NCBI GenBank assembly: GCA_002269645.1
Contig: NIVC01000010.1
Location: 496,001-560,000 of the forward strand
Direction of reading: 5' to 3'
Origin: Macrostomum lignano
Taxonomy: Eukaryota
DNA: 64,000 bases
The position numbers and the translations under genes are program-made. The notes under the pieces are model-generated. The model saw only the letters and a list, made by a program, of their open reading frames with translations, did no database searches and was not told the origin of the DNA. Shown here piece after piece: positions 59,460-64,000 of the stretch (the first letter of the stretch is position 1; every line of letters starts with the position of its first letter).

Positions 59460-60060
59460 GCCAATGTGTGTGTTAATGTGTGCCGATGTGGCGCTAATTA
59501 CTGTGCCAATGGGTGTGCTAATGTGTGCCGATGTGGCGCTAATTACTGTGCCAATGGGTGTGCTAATGTGTGCCGATGGGGCGCTAATTACTGTGCCAAT
59601 GGGTGTGCTAATGTGTGCCGATGTGGCGCTAATTACTGTGCCAATGGGTGTGCTAATGTGTGCCGATGGGGCGCTAATTACTGTGCCAATGGTGTGCTAA
59701 TGTGTGCCGATGGGGCGCTAATTACTGTGCCAATGGGTGTGCTAATGTGTGCCGATGTGGCGCTAATTACTGTGCCAATGGGTGTGCTAATGTGTGCCGA
59801 TGGGGCGCTAATTACTGTGCCAATGGGTGTGCTAATGTGTGCCGATGGGGCGCTAATTACTGTGCCAATGGGTGTGCTAATGTGTGCCAATGAGTGTTCT
59901 AATAGGTGTGCTAATGTGTGCAAATGGGGCGCTAATTACTGTGCTAATGGGTGTGCCAATGAGTGTGCTAATGGGTGTGCTAATGTTTGCTACTGAGTGT
60001 GTTAGTGCTTTTTAGTAGTAATTAGTGTGCATAATTGGTGTGCTAATACCTGTATGCGTG
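59460..60060. repeat. INTS6 intron 2: 45-bp minisatellite
   Basis: TGTGCCGATGTGGCGCTAATTACTGTGCCAATGGGTGTGCTAATG. Confidence 0.9.
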
Positions 60061-60106
60061 ATGATCTAACACAAAATAAAACACTGATCAACTCACTGAT
60101 TCGCAG

Positions 60107-60406
60107 GAACCGTTCCGCTGGGATCAGCGGCTGTACGGCCTGGTGCTGAGGTTCCCCGCCCTGACGGACCCCCAGTCCGGTGCTGCCGGCCAGCAGCAGT
60201 ATGTACCGCCGGCTGGCGACTCGCCCATCGACATCATGTGCGAGGTGACCGGTGGCCGGTCCTACAAGCTGGTCAATCAGCGAATGCTCAACCAGTGCTT
60301 GGAGAGTCTGTGCCAGAAGTGCCAGCCGGGCATTGTAGTGCACCTGGAGAAGTTGGGCCCGGACCCGCCGCCTGCTACTGACGACAAAGGCCGGCCGGTT
60401 GCGTCG
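60107..60406 (+). CDS. INTS6: INTS6 exon 3
   Basis: TTCGCAG|EPFRWDQRLYGLVLRFP...MCEVTGGRSY...LNQCLESLCQKCQPGIVVHLEK; |GTAAGG. Confidence 0.95.
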
Positions 60407-60482
60407 GTAAGGGGGTTCTGCCATTGTTTTACATTGTAGGATCATATAAGTTATCCCAGAGATTCTAGTGCTGTCGATACTG

Positions 60483-61700
60483 TACCTGATCCCATCCTAT
60501 CCCATCCCAATCAGATCCCATCCCAATCTGATCCCATCCCAATCTGATCCTAACCCAATTTGATCCCATCCTTACCTAATCTTATCCCTACCTGATCCCA
60601 TCCCAATCTGATCCCATCCCTACCTAATCTTATCCCTACCTGATCCCATCCTATCCCATCCCAATCTGATCCCATCCCAATCTGATCCCATCCCAATCTG
60701 ATCCCATCCCAATCTGATCCCATCCCAATCTGATCCTAACCCAATCTGATTCCATCCTTACCTAATCTTATCCATACCTGATCCCATCCCAATCTGATCC
60801 CATCCCTATCTGATCCAATCCCTATCTGATCCCATCCCAATCTGATCCCATCCCTACCTAATCTTATCCCTACCTGATCCCATCCTATCCCATCCCAATC
60901 TGATCCCATCCCAATCTGATCCCATCCCAATCTGATCCCATCCCAATCTGATCCCATCCCAATCTGATCCTAACCCAATCTGATCCCATCCTTACCTAAT
61001 CTTATCCATACCTGATCCCATCCCAATCTGATCCCATCCTTACCTAATCTTATCCATACCTGATCCCATCCCAATCTGATCCCATCCCAATCTGATCCTA
61101 TCCCTACCTAATCTTATCCCTACCTGATCCCATCCTATCCCATCCCAATCTGATCCCATCCCAATCTGATCCCATCCCAATCTGATCCCATCCCAATCTG
61201 ATCCCATCCCAATCTGATCCTAACCCAATCTGATCCCATCCTTACCTAATCTTATCCCATCCTTACCTAATCTTATCCATACCTGATCCCATCCCAATCT
61301 GATCCCATCCCTATCTGATCCAATCCCTATCTGATCCCATCCCAATCTGATCCCATCCCAATCTGATCCCATCCCTACCTGATCCCATCCTATCCCAACC
61401 CAATCTGATCCCATTCCCATCCCAATCTGATCCCATCCCAATCTGATCCCATCCCTACCTGATCCCATCCTCAGACTGCTCCCATCCCTACCTGATCCCA
61501 TCCTATCCCAACCCAATCTGATCCCATTCCCATCCCAATCTGATCCCATCCCAATCTGATCCCATCCCTACCTGATCCCATCCTCAGACTGCTCCCATCC
61601 CTACCTGATCCTATCCTCAGACTGCTCCCATCCCTACCTGATCCCATCCTCAGACTGCTCCCATCTCTACCTGATCCCATCCTCAGACTGCTCCCATCCC
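60483..61700. repeat. INTS6 intron 3: 16-bp-based minisatellite (CTGATCCCATCCCAAT)
   Basis: Direct observation. Confidence 0.93.
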
Positions 61701-61783
61701 TTCCTGGAGAAGTCTCTAAATTCAAGCTTCTAGGAGTTACTTAAGAGTAAAACCGCACAAAATGAACCTTGAACTCCCCCCAG

Positions 61784-62356
61784 TCCATCGCGGGCACAGC
61801 CTGGCATAGCTGCAAGCGAATGCTATACGTGAAAGTGTCCACCCAGCGCGGCAACGCCACGGGTCACTGGCCGATTCCCGAGGCCTACTGGCCAGACCTC
61901 AGCGCCTACCGGCTGCCGCCCAGGTCCGCCCATCCTCTAGTGAGATTCGTCTGTCAGAAAGCCGAGCCTCAAGCAATTGACGGATTCCCATTCGACAAAT
62001 ACGAGCTGGAACCGTCGCCTCTGACGCAGTACATCCTGGAGAGGCGCGAGCCGCACTCGGCCTGGCAATGTCACGTGCCTCACAGCGCCAAGTCTAGCGC
62101 GCCCGAGGCGCAGAAACCTTTTGGCTATTTGAAGCCGGCTAGCAACTTGCAGTCGGTTAATCTGATTGTACTGCCCTACGACTATCCCACACTGTTTGCT
62201 CTGCTAGACGAGCTGATTAAATTGCACAAGATGAAGCCAACTGACCAGTGGCGGGCTCGCTTTGCCGAATACCTGCGGCGGATGCCGTCTTATTATGGAC
62301 AGCCTTTGGCCAGGGCTATGGAGAAATTGGGCGTGAAGGGTGTGGTGCCGGATCAG
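61784..62356 (+). CDS. INTS6: INTS6 exon 4
   Basis: WHSCKRMLYV...GHWPIPEAYWPD...LPPRSAHP...FPFDKYELEPSPLTQYILER...PFGYLK...NLIVLPYDYP...MPSYYGQPL; CAG|GTGAGC. Confidence 0.95.
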
Positions 62357-62404
62357 GTGAGCTGGAGTGTTGGTTAATCAACACTCTGCTCAATGTTTTC
62401 CCTC

Positions 62405-63400
62405 ATATAAAGCTGTCACTCAAATTCCATAATTAAGTTTGAGCTGTCACTCAAATTCCATAATTCAGTTTGAGGTGTCACTCAAATCCCATAATTCAGT
62501 TTGAGCTGTCACTCAAATCCCATAATTCAGTTTGAGCTGTCACTCAAAACTCATAATTCAGCTTGAGCTGTCACTCAAAACTCAAAATTCAGCTTGAGCT
62601 GTCACTTAAATCCCATAATTCAGCTTGAGCTGTCACTCAAATCCCATAATTCAGCTTGAGCTGTCACTCAAATCCCATAATTCAGCTTGAGCTGTCACTC
62701 AAATTCCATAATTCAGTTTGAGCTGTCACTCAAATCCCATAACTCAGCTTGAGCTGTCACTCAAATTCCATAATTCAGCTTGAGCTGTCACTCAAATTCC
62801 ATAACTCAGCTTGAGCTGTCACTCAAATTCCATAATTCAGCTTGAGCTGTCACTCAAATCCCATAATTCAGCTTGAGCTGTCACTCAAATTCCATAATTC
62901 AGCTTGAGCTGTCACTCAAATCCCATAATTCAGCTTGAGCTGTCACTCAAATTCCATAATTCAGCTTGAGCTGTCACTCAAATTCCATAATTCAGTTTGA
63001 GCTGTCACTCAAATCCCATAATTCAGTTTGAGCTGTCACTCAAATCCCATAATTCATTTGAGCTGTCACTGAAATCCCATTTCTTAAATCTCATTTCTCA
63101 AATCCCATAATTCAGTTTAAAAGCTGTCACTCAAATCCCATATTTCAGCTTGAGCTGTCGCTCAAATCCCATTTCTCAATTCCCATAATTCAGCTTGAGC
63201 TGTCGCTCAAATCCCATTTCTCAATTCCCATAATTCAGCTTGAGCTGTCGCTCAAATCCCATTTCTCAAATTCCATAATTCAGCTTGAGCTGTCGCTCAA
63301 ATCCCATTTCTCGAATTCCATAATTCAGCTTAAGCTGTCACTCAAATCCCATTTCTCAAATCCCATAATTCAGCTTAAGCTGTGGCTCAAATCCCATTTC
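62405..63400. repeat. INTS6 intron 4: 31-bp minisatellite (ATAATTCAGCTTGAGCTGTCACTCAAATCCC)
   Basis: Direct observation. Each unit holds a TTGAG-6nt-CTCAA inverted repeat. Confidence 0.95.
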
Positions 63401-63447
63401 CTACCAACTCTAGCATTACCACCCCTGATCCCACCCCGCCCCCTCAG

Positions 63448-64000
63448 GTGTCGCACGCGGTCCCCGTGAGTCCGGCTGTCCAGTCCTACCTGAAAAAAGT
63501 CCGCGTCGCCGCCAAAGCCGAATACGACCGGGTGGTGGTGGCCACGGCAGCCAGCAACCAGCAGCACCCCGAGGAGGGCCGGTTCATTGAAGTTGCCCGG
63601 CCCTGCGTGGTGCCCCTTCCAGACATTGATCTGCAGCTGGTTGCCAGGGGCAACCAAATCCCAGCTCAGCCGCCGCCGCAGCAGCCGCCACTTCGACTTC
63701 AAGTGATCAGCCAGCAGCAGCAGCTTCAGTTGCAGCAGCAGCAGCAGCCTTCGGAAGCCAACAGGCCGTATCAGAATCCTTTTCACGTGCCCAGGGAATC
63801 CTTGCGCACCTGCTTAGTTCAGATGCGGGCCAACCTGCTGGCCGCGCTACGAGGCGCGTCGCCGGTTCACGACGACTCTCGACACAGCCAGCCGGTGTCG
63901 GTGATGGGCAACTACACCGAGTATTTAAAGCGCCAGCCGCCGCCGCTGAGGGAGCTCGACTCCAGCCCGCTGCGGCTGCACACCTTCGGCAATCCGTTCA
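63448..64000 (+). CDS. INTS6: INTS6 exon 5 (continues past the window end)
   Basis: CCCTCAG|...SYLKKVRVAAKAEYDR...YQNPFHVPR...MGNYTEYLK...PLRELD...RLHTFGNPF. Confidence 0.93.
   Translation, partial: MSHAVPVSPAVQSYLKKVRVAAKAEYDRVVVATAASNQQHPEEGRFIEVARPCVVPLPDIDLQLVARGNQIPAQPPPQQPPLRLQVISQQQQLQLQQQQQPSEANRPYQNPFHVPRESLRTCLVQMRANLLAALRGASPVHDDSRHSQPVSVMGNYTEYLKRQPPPLRELDSSPLRLHTFGNPF

Overview
Animal genomic DNA. GC-rich exons sit among introns and intergenic spacers packed with about 25 unrelated minisatellite arrays. This style is consistent with a free-living flatworm such as Macrostomum, but that is inference and not verified. Host genes: the 5' part of INTS6 (5 exons, 57736 to the window end, probable GC-AG first intron); an intronless DCAF4/WDR21-like gene (54800-56428); and a three-coding-exon neuropeptide precursor missed by the ORF track (25309-27527; signal peptide, acidic pro-region, KR, 30-aa peptide ending RIRM-G-stop). 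There are also unidentified exon chains (minus strand about 16.3-20.8 kb, plus strand 37.7-40.6 kb). Mobile elements: a complete, very young Mag-like Gypsy LTR retrotransposon (48845-53461, TTTAG TSD); a structurally complete two-ORF CMC-EnSpm DNA transposon (30920-37593, 32-bp perfect TIRs, TA TSD); decayed Crypton tyrosine-recombinase, piggyBac and RTE-LINE remnants; a tRNA-derived SINE; several MITEs; and an AP-1-rich LTR-like segment. Most long ORFs in the supplied track are artefacts of tandem repeats. All alignments and family calls were made by eye or from memory, with no database searches.
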